Of a stretch of 64,000 nucleotides of DNA, positions 23,741 to 35,966 are shown in pieces. Source of the DNA: Octopus sinensis. Lineage: Eukaryota. The translations under genes and the position numbers were made by a program. The DNA is taken from positions 36,146,001-36,210,000 of the forward strand of contig NC_043012.1 in assembly GCF_006345805.1 (NCBI RefSeq), given 5' to 3'. The stretch's first letter is position 1; every line of letters begins with the position of its first letter. Under the pieces are notes generated by a model. That model searched no databases and was not told where the DNA came from. It saw only the letters and a list, made by a program, of their open reading frames with translations.

Positions 23741-24471
23741 TCTCTATATATAAAAGGCAAGTTGTCTGTATGTCTGTCAGGTTGTACCCTCACCCTGACC
23801 ACGGCTTTCAACCGATTCTGTTGAAACTTGACACACACATAGCCCAATGTCATAATTCAAACCTAAGGCAACGAAAATTTTGAAAAGTTCCCCCAGTTCT
23901 GAAAAAAATTGATAAATTCGACATGGGGTCTAGAATCTAAGCTTATCATATGCAACACATTTCCCATTGTAATTTTCGCAACATGCAATCGATTTTCACC
24001 AAACTCATGGTGAAGCTTAATGTTACCCTAAGGAACTTAATTCTGTCGTTAGTTTTCCATGCAATACCTTACCATCAGAAAAAATCGATAAAATCATGCC
24101 ATTTTGGGAAATCGAGTTCAAATTCAAGATGACATATTTTCGACAATATCTTTAACAAATTGGCAGGAATTTTTTTTGAAATTCACAGCGAGCATCATGT
24201 CTGCTCCAAGGAGCTATATGGCTTTTTTGATTCCAATAGGATACGTTATTACTGGAAAAAACCGCAGAACTGGGTTGAGTGTGCTAAACAAAACCAGAAA
24301 ATGCACTTTGAATGTCATAGATTTTCTTCATGCCTTGAATGCCTTAATGCCTTTTAGGCTTCATTTTACAAAATAACGGTTCAATGAGTACAAAAAAGGG
24401 TAAAAAGATAAAGGGCATTGCTTATCGACAAAGTTTCTTACATACCTGGGCAACGCCGGGCTATGCTGCTA

Positions 24472-24472
<1 letters not shown>
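23741..24472 (+). mobile_element. Non-autonomous Helitron
   Basis: Starts with TC after an A (23740), ends with CTAG before a T (24473), has the subterminal hairpin CCTGG-GCAACG-CCGGG 8 nt before CTAG, and has no TSD. Shares its 5' body with 52943-53324. Confidence 0.85.
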
Positions 24473-24507
<35 letters not shown>

Positions 24508-26429
24508 ATTATTATTATCATTATTATTATTATTGTCCTTTTATTATTATTATTATTATTATTACAATAAATGGCAAATGTGCGTGTTTATGAATTTGTT
24601 ACTTTAACTGCTCCAAAACTATCCAACAGACTTTAATGAAACTTGACATGTGTAGGGGGAGGGCTTATGCCCGTGCGGTCACTTGTGCACTTGGAATTTC
24701 GTCATTGGTTTTTTGGTTCAATCCCACTGCATGTCACTTTGCACAAGTGTCTTCTACTACTGCTCTGGGCCAACGAAAGCCTTGTAAGTGGATTTGGCTG
24801 TCAGAAACTGATGGTAGCTTATTGTGCTATAGATAGAGATAGATGGAGAGACAGAGGGGACAAAGATAGGACGATGGCTTAATCTGTCACCCAGTTTAAT
24901 CTGTTACTTGATTACCTGTAGTTGAGTCTACTCTGTTGCAAGTACCTGGGAAAAGACGAAATTCCATCTTCCTTACGTTTATCCAATATCATTTGTTTTA
25001 GAAGCTACCTGACTGTAATCAGGTCCACTGATGAGATCCCCTCACAAAGAAGATTAGGTCATTTTTCTTTATCAGGTAGCAGATCCTTGACATGGATAGA
25101 ACCGTATCTCAAAGACTTTCCCTTCCATTCAGGACTTGAAAATATTTCAGTCCCCAACAAATACTGAGAACATGTTTGGCATTACAGGGGCCAGTAGGCA
25201 GAAGGCCATAAGGTTGGTTCTGGAGGCAGACAGCAGAGGGTGCTTCAAGGTGGCTGTGGATCAATATATATGAGCCCTGGACGGAGCAATGCTTCCAGGG
25301 GTAGTGCTAACTGGACACAAGCTAGGACATGATCAAACCTGGTTGGGTTGCCAGAGCGAAGGTGCCTGATGTTGAAAGATCTGAAACCCCTAATGACCCC
25401 AGGAAACATCATTGATGAGGCATCCAGGTACATCACAGGGTGATGTATAAAAAAAACAATAGAGTCCTACTCCCACTTTTGGGGCCATACTGCTGCTATA
25501 GACACAAACATCAGGGTCTGCAACCAGAGAAAGGTATTTTAGTCACAAGCAAACATGTTCCAGCTTTGGGCCCACAAGCATGTTGTCTTCTCTCTGTCAT
25601 TTCTATTACTACTATAATGGCCTCTGCTCCTTCGAACCAGCTGGTCTCATACTCTCTTCCACTCAGGCCCCGTTGATCTACTCATCTCTCCAACTCTGAG
25701 TTGAAAAGCCCATTACCAACCACTTTTTTCAATCCTTCCACTACAGTCCTTCCTCCCACAGGAATCTCTTTCCTTCTGATGTCTTTCCAGCAGGTGTTGA
25801 CCTGCAGCAGTTTAAATGTTGATGGCATCAACCACATGGGGTCTCTGAGAGCCTACAATGGTCATGGGCTCTTCCTCCCTGACACAGTAAGTGAAGCAGA
25901 AATGATGAGGGTGGTGGAGTGATGAGGGCAGTAATTGAGAATGAAGGTGGGGATGTAATATGATGACAAAGATGACATCATCACAGCTATCCTCCTTGAC
26001 ATCATCAGCATCATTACTACCACCACTACCATCACCATCATCATTACCATCAACATCATTATCATCATAACCATCATCATCATCACCATCATCATCATCA
26101 ACATCAGAGCTTCACTTCAAAATATATTCTTCAAGTACACTGACAATTGTCCAGTTTGAACTATCAATCCGTTATGGGGAATTGTGAGAAGAATGCAAGT
26201 GGTCAGACATCATTGGCTTGTCCCTCCCCCCACACCAGCCACACCAGCCTCATCGCCACCACCATCAGCACCACCACCACCACCACCCACTGACCTAGAT
26301 CTCTAAAGATTTTACTAGAAAAACAGGTTCCATTATTTTTGTCATTTACTCTGCAGAAACTAGAAAGTTGAATGTAAATTTGTTGAAATATCAGTCATAT
26401 ACGTTTGTTGTTTACTACTACTACTACTA

Positions 26430-26513
<84 letters not shown>

Positions 26514-26555
26514 ACTACTACTACTACTACTACTACTTATACTACTACTACCACC

Positions 26556-26586
<31 letters not shown>

Positions 26587-26886
26587 ATACTACTACTACT
26601 ACTACTACTACCAATACTACTACTACTACAACTGTTGCTGCTAATAATAACAATAATAATAATAATAATAATCCTTTCAATCATTGGCACCAGGCCTGGA
26701 ATTAGTGGGTAGAGGGATGGTCAATTACATTGACCACAGTACATCACTGGTACTCAATTTATCGACCCTGAAATGATGAAAGGTAAAGTCAACCTCAGCA
26801 GAATTTGAACTCAGAATGCTAAGATGGAGGAAATGCAGCTAAACATTTCACCCAGCATGTTAACGATTCTACCAGCTCACTGCCTC

Positions 26887-26938
<52 letters not shown>

Positions 26939-27711
26939 GTTTCACATTTTGACACAAGGCCAGCAATTTTGAAGAAGGAGGCTAGTTGATCATATTGACC
27001 AAAGTGTTCAACTGGTACTTATTTCATTGACCCCGAAAGGTTGAGAGACAAAGTCGAGCTCAGTAGAATTTGAACTCAGAACGTAAAGATTGATGAAATG
27101 CCACCAAGCACTTCGCTCAGCATGCTAATGATTCTGCCAGCTTACCGATTTAACTCACTGCCTTAAGGATGATAATGATGGACTCCCTCATCAAAGATGA
27201 CGTATGAGCGCTCAGCTGTTGCCAATTGATCTGAACAAATGATTTGTTCATGCCACACATTAGCTCTCTCTCTCTCTCTCCATCAAATCAACATTACCTG
27301 AACAGGTGTACATTGTACCATGCGTCAGGTGATTGCAAAGTGATTGCAAAGCAATGTGAGATGAAGTGTTTTGCTCAAGAACACAGCACACCACCCAGCC
27401 TAGGAATTGAAACCATGATTTAGCGATCATCAGTGCAATACCCTAACCACTAAGTCATGCATGCTCATGATGACGATGACGATGATTATAATAATAATGG
27501 TTTCAAATTTTGCCACAAGGGCAGCAATTTTGGGGGAGTAGATGAGTCGATTACATTGGCCCCCTGTATGCAACTGGTACTTATTTTATCAACCCCTGAA
27601 AGGATGAAAGGCAAAGTCGACCTCGGCAGAATTTGAACTCAGAACATAGCAACAGGCAAAATACCGCTAAGTATTTCATCTTGCAGCTAACGAGTCTGCC
27701 ACCTCATTGCC

Positions 27712-27767
<56 letters not shown>

Positions 27768-28039
27768 TATGATAATAAATGGTTTCAAATTTTTGCACAA
27801 GGCCAGCGGTTTTAAGATAGCAGAGAGATTAATAAATTACATCAACCCCTGTTCTTGATTAGTATTAATTTCATGATCCCCAGAAGGATGCAGGGCAAAG
27901 TTGACCTTGGTGGGATTTGAACTCAGAATGAAGAATGCGGAAAGTATTTGGTCCAAAATGCTAACAATTCTTCTTGCCTGCTGCTTTAATTCTTGAAATA
28001 TGTTCTGAATAATCGAAATATTTTGTATTGCTATTTCAG

Positions 28040-28315
28040 AGTTGATAATGATGATGAAGGAGAAAGATATGGCAAACGTGAAGCAACAAATGAGGAAAAT
28101 GAGGAAGAAATTGAAAAAAGCTCGTCGACATCGCCATGTGAATAACCGGGTCCACTGCATGGTGACCCCATGGTCGAATTGGTCAGCTTGTTCAGCCACA
28201 TGTGGTAATGGAATCACCATGAAGAGTCGAATGATCAAAGTTAAACCAATGAATGGAGGAAGGAGATGTCCGAAAAGAATGGTGAAAAAGAAGAAATGTA
28301 AACTTGCCAGATGTT
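28040..28315 (+). CDS. SPON1: F-spondin-like exon G (basic linker plus TSP1 repeat 3)
   Basis: Acceptor ctatttCAG, donor GTGAGT. CMVTPWSNWSACSATCGNG...RMIKVKPMNGGRRCP...KKKCKLARC. Phase 1 to 1. Confidence 0.93.
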
Positions 28316-29099
28316 GTGAGTATTTTGGTGTTATTTTGACATAGGCTGGGGTGGTGTCATGTATGGGGTGCAGTGTGGGGTGGGTGATGGAGAGGTGTGA
28401 GTTTGGTGTGCAGAGTCGTATGGATTTGTGTCATGCTATAGGCCTGAGGTCTTGTGCGGTGAGACTAGTTCTGTTTTGGCAGGACTGTGGTGTTGTCTGG
28501 TGAGACTAGAGTTGTGGCGTTGTGTTAGTTGTAAACAAATGTTGCTATTATATAAGCAGTGTCCATTGTATCTAGTCTTCTATGTAAACATGTCTGGCCA
28601 TGTGGAGGATTTACTTTTGCTTGGAAACAGGTGAAGAGTTGGTGACAAGAAGGGCATCATCCAGCCACAGTAAAATCTGCTCCCATAAACTCTGCCCATC
28701 TCATGTAAGCATAGTAAATAAGGACGCTGAAAGTACCCAAAGACGATGTTACTGAGCATCCCACGGGTATGTGTAACCACGACGTAATCCTCAGGAGGAA
28801 TCAGTGTAATTACAGCATATCATAAACATGTCCTTTAAACTACAGATGCATTATATGAAATGTATAATATTAACCATTTCGCATTCAGATTACTCTGCCA
28901 AATCTATGTTTATTTATTCTCATTTTGAATTAATCATACATTATCTCATAGCTTCAAGATTTCAATGATGAGTTTATCTATTGTTAGAATGACATTGTAG
29001 GATAGGTGTGAAAGGCCAGGTTTGACTAATTTTAATATGGAACAGGTAAAATATTAAAGCAAGATAGAGCCAGTTTAAATATTAAACAGTGTTTAAACT

Positions 29100-29190
29100 G
29101 GCCCTATCTGTGTTTAATGGTTAGAGCATTCAGCTGGTATCAGAGGGGTACAGGTTCAACTCCCTGTAGCTGCCTGCTGGCAACTTTTTT
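29100..29190 (+). pseudogene. tRNA-like remnant or SINE head
   Basis: A-box-like TGTTTAATGGTTAG, B-box GGTTCAACTCC with a T-arm-like stem, then a T6 run. The anticodon and acceptor stems do not pair well. Confidence 0.4.
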
Positions 29191-29346
29191 CCATCTTCTA
29201 AGGGTAAATACCCAGTCTTTCTCTGCTGTCTTCACAATTATACCACTTTCAAATTTTACTTTCTTGTTTGCAAAATACCAACACATTTGGTTCTTTCAAA
29301 GTTGGTTTATAAAATGTTCTCTCTAAAGAGTTAACATATATATCTA

Positions 29347-29562
29347 TTTCTTTACTACCCACAAGGGGCTAAACACAGAGAGGACAGCCAAACAGATTAA
29401 GTCGATTATATCGACCCCAGTGTGTAACTGGTACTTATTTAACCGACCCCGGAAAGATGAAAGGCAAAGTCAACCTCGGCGGAATTTGAACTCAGAACCT
29501 AGCAGCAGACGAAATACTGCTAAGCATTTCGCCCAGCGTGCTAACGATTCTGCCAGCTCGCC
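29347..29562 (-). mobile_element. tRNA-derived SINE, family A (about 20 copies or fragments in the window)
   Basis: Head ggcgagctggcagaatcgttagc, B-box gttcaaattcc, core gactttgcctttcatcc...gtcgataaa..aagtaccagtt. Other copies near 1.3, 16.1, 26.7, 27.0, 27.5, 27.8, 31.2, 31.4, 36.0, 36.8, 42.4, 48.6, 52.2, 53.4, 53.6 and 56.3 kb. Confidence 0.85.
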
Positions 29563-29685
29563 AAGTTAACATATATATCGTCAATGTGTATATTATGCTG
29601 ATGTATATATTCGGGTTTACTGAAACACAAAGTTGGTGTAAGAAGAACGGAATGTATATAATTTCTTCTATTTTGTTCTTTCCAG

Positions 29686-29870
29686 CAGTTGACTGTGAAA
29701 TGTCTGAGTGGGGAGAGTGGAACACTTGTACTGGTGACTGTGATGCGATGGCTGGCATGCAGGTACGTAAACGAGACCGAGCTGTGAAACCAAGAAGAGG
29801 AGGCAAAAGTTGTCCATCAAAAACTGAAAAACGAAAGTGTAATGTCCTATCTTGCTCGTCTGACACATAT
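29686..29870 (+). CDS. SPON1: F-spondin-like exon H (TSP1 repeat 4)
   Basis: Acceptor ttctttcCAG (tandem CAGCAG), donor GTAAGT at 29871. VDCEMSEWGEWNTCTGDC...RDRAVKPRRGGKSCP...KCNVLSC. Phase 1 to 0. Confidence 0.93.
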
Positions 29871-29918
29871 GTAAGTATGATTTTGATACACATACACATA
29901 TACATACATATATATACA

Positions 29919-30690
29919 CAGGGTGTCCAGAAAGTTTTGCCCAATTTTTATTTTATTGTGCATTAACAGACATAATTGCTCGTATGGGAGTCATGAGAAT
30001 CTACATGTGGTATTGGAGAATCCACATGTGACATTGGAGAATCCACATGTGGTATTGAGGAATCCACATGTGGTATTGGAGAATCCACTTGTGGTATTGG
30101 AGAATCCACATGTGGTATTGAAGAATCCACATGTGGTATTGGAGAATCCACTTGTGGTATTGGAGAGTCCACTTGTGGCATTGGAGAATTCACATGTGGC
30201 ATTGGAGAATCCACATGTGGTATTGGAGAATCCACATGTGGCATTGGAGAAGGAAGTTAGCCTCCCAGGAGTAACTGTTTGGGCTGCGATTTCATGCAAT
30301 GGGGTTATCTGCCCATTCATCTTTGATGAGCCAGTCCCTGAAGAATGGTACCTCACATGCTTCAAACCTCTTTCTTTCCTCAAATGCAACAACAAAGAGA
30401 CATTCGCTTCCAACAGGAAGGGGCTCCACCCCACTCTAAGCATTGTGTTTGTGAATGGCTTGACATCAATTTTAATGGCAGATGCACTGGACAATGTGGG
30501 CCAATCGAATGGCCCGTACGTTCACCCAATTTAACCCCTATGGATTTCTTCTTGTGGGGTGTTCTTAAAGACATGGTATACTAAAAGAAACCAAAAACCA
30601 TTCCTGATCCTTGGCGAGTTATTAACAAGCAATGTTAAGTGGCAAAAAATGTTACCATCTAGTAGTGTTACTACTTATATCTTGTTTAGA
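29919..30690 (+). mobile_element. Internally deleted, decayed DD41D (rosa/Visitor-like) Tc1/mariner transposon
   Basis: TIR-like start CAGGGTGTCC joined directly to mid-transposase HNCSY..ENPH..PGVTVWAAIS. In FQQEGAPPH...WPVRSPNLTPMDFFLWG there are 41 residues between the second (D to E) and third catalytic positions. No 3' TIR was found. Confidence 0.8.
29996..30250 (+). repeat. 21-bp minisatellite (GAGAATCCACATGTGGTATTG x12) within the transposase
   Basis: Twelve tandem units with no spacers, translating as ENPHVVL repeats; the unit contains the palindrome CCACATGTGG. Confidence 0.95.
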
Positions 30691-30704
30691 GATTTTAGGA
30701 CTAG

Positions 30705-30746
<42 letters not shown>

Positions 30747-31936
30747 TATACAAATATGTATATATAAAGTTGTGACGAAAGAATCAGCAAAGGTTCTCCA
30801 TTACCTTCTGCCAGAGCCGTGTGGAGCTTAGGAGTTTCACTTATAAACACATACACACCACCCGGTCTGAGATTCGAACCCATGATCCATCGACCACAAG
30901 TCCACTGCTCTAACCACTAGTCCATGTGCCACTGCATGTATTGTAATGTAATGTGGTAAAAAACATATGCTGTGTGTTGTATAGTGTGATAGTAGTGATG
31001 TGTTGTATAGTGCTGAAATGCAGAAGAGAAAACAGGTTGTGTGGTGTATAAGGCAACAGTGTCAAGATGTAAGGAGGTAGAGAAAACATTTTGTATGGTG
31101 GTGTGGTATGAATGTAGCAAATATTTATTTCTTTATTGCCCACAGAGGGCTAATCATAAAGGGGACAAACAAGGACAGACAAAGTGTGTAACTGGTACTT
31201 ATTTAATCGATTCCGAAAGGATGAAAGGCAAAGTCGACCACAGTGGGATTTGAACTCAGAACGTAAAGACAGACAAAATACCACTAAGCATTTTGCCCAG
31301 TGTGCTACTGATTCTGCCAGCTCACTGCCTTCTTGATTGTGTTATATTTCTTTCTTTATTGCCTACAAGGGGTTTAATGTAGAGGGGACAAACAAGGATA
31401 GACAAAGGGATTAAGTCGATTACATTGACCCCAGTGTGTAACTGGTAATTATTTAATTGACTCCGAAAGGATGAAAGGCAATGTTGACCTCGGCGGAATT
31501 TGAACTCAATGTAACAGCAGACGAAATACCACTTGGCAGTTTGCCCGGCATGCTAATGATTTTGCCAGCTCGCTGTCCAGGATGTAGCAAATATTGATGA
31601 CGAGATATGCAGATGTGGTTAGTGTGTCATTGTTTGATGTGTGGTGTCGTATGAGAGTGGTGCTGCACTGCATGCCATGTATTACTTACATAACGGGTTA
31701 TAACACAATGGATTCTGTGTTCAGTTTATGCAGCAAAGTGAATAAGATATAGAAAATGAGAGAAGAAAACAAGGTTGGAAGAAAAATAGAAAAAATTGAG
31801 TTGGGATGAAGTGAAATTATGAATGACGCCAATGAATACGATGGAGTCGATGACAGATGGAAGATGAGAAAATGTATAAGAAACGGTTCCTTGTTTTAAA
31901 TATTAAGATTTTATTTCTCTTGTTATTTCATTGCAG

Positions 31937-32011
31937 ATGAACTCCACTTTGAAAGCCACAGAAATGGAGAAAGTAAAACAAGCAAATTCTATGCTTAAAA
32001 ACAAACAATAA
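31937..32011 (+). CDS. SPON1: Probable terminal coding exon of the F-spondin-like gene
   Basis: Strong acceptor ttttatttctcttgttatttcattgCAG. The phase-0 reading gives MNSTLKATEMEKVKQANSMLKNKQ*, followed by an A/T-rich UTR-like sequence with AATAAA. No domain similarity confirms this frame. Confidence 0.6.
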   Translation: MNSTLKATEMEKVKQANSMLKNKQ

Positions 32012-32024
32012 ACAAACAAATAAA
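32007..32024 (+). terminator. Candidate polyadenylation signals (AATAAA x2)
   Basis: AATAAA at 32007-32012 (overlapping the stop codon) and at 32019-32024. The actual cleavage site cannot be determined from the sequence. Confidence 0.35.
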
Positions 32025-32339
32025 AATTCCCGGAGGATGTTTCTTCAAATTTTAACCATGGGAAACCAAAACATTTCAAAAAAAAAAAAAAACTAAGAAA
32101 AGAAAAAGTAAAAAACTAAAAAGATAAATGTAATGGACGCTATTCTAAGAAATTCAAAGAATTTGGAAATTATTTTATTGAAAGATTGAAATTGAAAGAC
32201 ATTTTAACAATTCTTTTGACTCATTTCAAGACTCAGCTTTGAATTTTCTGGAAACTTTATTTTAGATGTATTCAAAAACAAAAATGTTATAAATACCACT
32301 CGCATGTTCACACTAACACACACACATGAACAAACACAC

Positions 32340-32396
32340 GTATGCACTCACACACACATACACATAGACACATTCAGGCATATATATATCCATATT

Positions 32397-32435
<39 letters not shown>

Positions 32436-32644
32436 CATATACATAAGTACACACACATATATGTGCATATATATATGTAAATATATACACATTTATACAT
32501 ATGTATATATATATATATACATATATATAATATATATATATATGCACACAGAGATACATATATATATATACATATGTGTATATACATATATATATATATT
32601 ATATATATATATATGTGTATACATGTATATATTATATATATATA

Positions 32645-32707
<63 letters not shown>

Positions 32708-32792
32708 GATGTATGTATGCATATATATGTATGTATATATGTATATATCTATACATAAATATATATATGTGTGTGTGGTGTGTGTGTGCATA

Positions 32793-32877
<85 letters not shown>

Positions 32878-33083
32878 TATATATATATAGTATATATAAT
32901 GTATATAATATATATTATATATTATATATATGTATATATATGTTACATATAAATAACAACCAGTATAATTAACCATATCAAAATAATTTATTAATTACTC
33001 ATGCATTTTATACTAAAGTGAAATATTTCTTTACTTTTTAAAAGTCTTTGATTTTATTGTTCTTTCTTGTTATACATATATAT

Positions 33084-33145
<62 letters not shown>

Positions 33146-33371
33146 ACATATGTGTAAGTATATTTATGCACATATGTGCATAATGCATATATGTAAATAT
33201 ATATACACATATACATATATATATATAAATAGATAGATAGAAATGTGTGTGTGTATATATATATATTAACACATATATATGTGTGTGTATATATGTATGT
33301 ATAATATCTATATGTATATATCTATACATAAATATATATGTATATATATTATATATATATATATCTCATAC

Positions 33372-33446
<75 letters not shown>

Positions 33447-33950
33447 TATAAATATGTGTGTGTATATGTATATATATATCTAGTCATGTGTTTGATGTGT
33501 GTGCATTCTTGACCTTACTACAGTTTGCTACATTTACACATGTGTGTGTATGTGTATATATATATATATATAGATATATATACACACACATTCATACATA
33601 CATACCTATATGCATGTATGCATATACATATATATGTACATTACATATGTGTAGGCATATATATGTGTATACATATATGCATATATATATAGATGTTCAT
33701 GTATGTATGTAAATATATATATATACTTATATGTGTGTATATATATATGTATATATATATATGTATGTATGTACGTGTATACATATATATACATATGTAT
33801 GTTTATGTAAATATAAGTGTGTGTGTGTGTATGTAGTATATATATGTATGTATATGTGTTTGTATATGTGTGTGTATGTATATAGATATATATATATATA
33901 AACACACACACGTACACAGATGCACACTCACTCACACAGACATACTTTAG
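32340..33950. repeat. Extended (TA)n/(CA)n/(TATG)n simple-repeat field downstream of the spondin gene
   Basis: Dinucleotide runs; source of many YIYI/HTHT artefact ORFs. Confidence 0.95.
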
Positions 33951-34158
33951 CCAAAGAAGCTGAACTTTCACCATGTTGTAGGATTCGTCAGAAACTTATC
34001 ATATCTCTGAAGTTTCTTAGATGATTTGAAAATATTTTCTGGGCATTGCTAAACATTAAAACTAAATTTGAATATAACACAGTTTGTACTAAAAGAAAAT
34101 AAACATTATTTACATTATTTACAATTGACGGATATTTTTCCTCATCTTCTTTGTTGTT

Positions 34159-34204
34159 AACACAACGTTTCGGCTGATATACCCTCCAGCCTTCCTCAGG
34201 TGTC
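34159..34204 (-). ncRNA. Minimal type-I hammerhead ribozyme motif, intact core
   Basis: GACAC-CUGAGGA-A-GGCUG(GAGGGUAUAU)CAGCC-GAAAC-GUU/GUGUU: 5-bp stem I, 5-bp stem II, palindromic AACGUU stem III. Confidence 0.8.
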
Positions 34205-34479
34205 TTGAGGAAATTTTGAACCTGGATTCTCATTCCTAAAGTATTTTTTCGATGTTGTTATTATTATTATTATTAAGTTCACTGCCTGGAATCCAACTCT
34301 TAACCACTCTTAACCACTACGTCATATGGTTAACCCACAGGCATTTGGCGTAGTGGTCAAGAGCATGGGCTACTAAGCCCAAGATTCCAAGTTCAATTCT
34401 AAGCAGTGACCTGAATAATAATAATAATAACATCGAAAAAATATCTTAAGAATGAGAACCCTAGTTCAAAATTTCCCAA

Positions 34480-34525
34480 GACACCTGATGAAGGCTGGAG
34501 GGTACATCAGCCCAAACGTTGCGTT
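34480..34525 (+). ncRNA. Mutated hammerhead motif (G12 to C)
   Basis: GACAC-CUGAUGA-A-GGCUG..CAGCC-CAAAC-GUU-GCGUU; mirror of the 34159 copy, but GAAA is changed to CAAA, so it is predicted inactive. Confidence 0.7.
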
Positions 34526-35028
34526 AACAACAAACAAGATGAGGACAAATATCTGTCAATTGTAAATAATGTACATAATTCCTCATCTCTTAGATATAGA
34601 ACTGTATTAAGAAAATATAAATAGAAAAAGTAAAAGCGTTTTCAGCTGAAAATTATATCAACCAAAATGATGGAATAAAACAACTGAATAAAACAATCTC
34701 ATTTAATAATATAAATGAAGACAAACAGACAGAACTATGAGTCAATAAGTGATCATTGTATACATATAGTTATGTATAAACATGATTTTCTAGAGAAAAT
34801 AAATGAAATAAATATGCTTTGTGTACATATGTAAAATAATATCAGTTTCTGATGATCCCTATTACAGGGTGAAAGCATGGTTTCTTTGCAAAAGCAGAAA
34901 TATTTGTTTAAATATTATAACTTGCTCTACATTTATCTGTATTGAGCCTCCTTTGAATTTTGTCTTCTTGAACATGTACCCTGTATACACCTACATGTAT
35001 GTACATTGTGTATGTATGTATATATACA

Positions 35029-35083
<55 letters not shown>

Positions 35084-35436
35084 TATATATATATAATATA
35101 TATATATATATATAATATATATATATATATAATATATATATAATATATACACACACACATACATGCATACATCCACATATACATACATGCATACATATAC
35201 ATATATACATTCAGCAGTGTGAATAATGAATACAATAACTATATTTAGCTCTTTTCAGTTCTTTAAAAATATACTCTGAAGATCTGAAAGGAGGAACTGC
35301 CATAATTGTATTCATTATTCAGACTGAAATAAATTTATTCTATTGGGCAAAGTTTATTAAGTTTTTCTGTTAACGATGCTATTTGTTTCACAATACAATC
35401 ACCATAATTATTATTGTTGTTATTATTATTATTATC

Positions 35437-35504
<68 letters not shown>

Positions 35505-35603
35505 GGGGCTTCTGAATCACCTTGTATTTAGGACAAAACTGTAAAATGTAGGGGAAACTGTATCTGATACTATACTACTGTATTTTGTAAGTTCTTCTAG
35601 GCA

Positions 35604-35660
<57 letters not shown>

Positions 35661-35718
35661 ATATGTGTGTATGTATGTATATATGTATTATTGTATATAT
35701 GTATATTGTATATATATA

Positions 35719-35772
<54 letters not shown>

Positions 35773-35800
35773 TATATACTACACTCTCGGAGGTGAACTG

Positions 35801-35966
35801 CACTCTCAGAGTGGTTGGCGTTAGGAAAGGCATCCAGCTGTAGAAACTCTGCCAGATCAGACTGGAGCCTGGTGCAGTCATCTGGTTCGCCAGTCCTCAG
35901 TCAAATCGTCTAACCCATGCTAGCATGGAAAGCAGACGTTAAATGATGATGATGATGATGATGATG
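35801..35966 (+). mobile_element. Short element with an RTE-type 3' tail ending in (GAT)n, family C
   Basis: gagtggttggcgttaggaagggcatccagctgtagaaa...aacccatgctagcatggaaagc.gacgttaaa.gatgatgat. Other copies near 3.5, 10.2, 11.7, 21.0, 40.45, 40.95 and 43.6 kb. Confidence 0.75.

Larger units (their letters stand above)
34106..34578. mobile_element. Palindromic dimer of a tRNA-headed, hammerhead-containing element
   Basis: The arms are reverse complements centred near GGTTAACC (34328-34335). The right arm has A-box TGGCGTAGTGG and B-box-like GTTCAATTC, then (AAT)n, a body and a hammerhead. The left arm mirrors this with a deleted head. Confidence 0.85.

Noticed and set aside
29996-30250. CRISPR-like regular repeat
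   Set aside because: The units are contiguous 21-mers with no unique spacers, lie inside a eukaryotic transposase, and there are no cas genes.
33957-33997. Possible extra hammerhead on the minus strand (CUGACGA...GAAAGUUC) next to the palindromic element
   Set aside because: Stem II is only 2-3 bp with a bulge and stem I needs an extra nucleotide; too weak to call.
34345-34410. Functional tRNA gene
   Set aside because: Only the A/B boxes and an anticodon-like arm are present; there is no acceptor stem, and it is part of the palindromic repeat.
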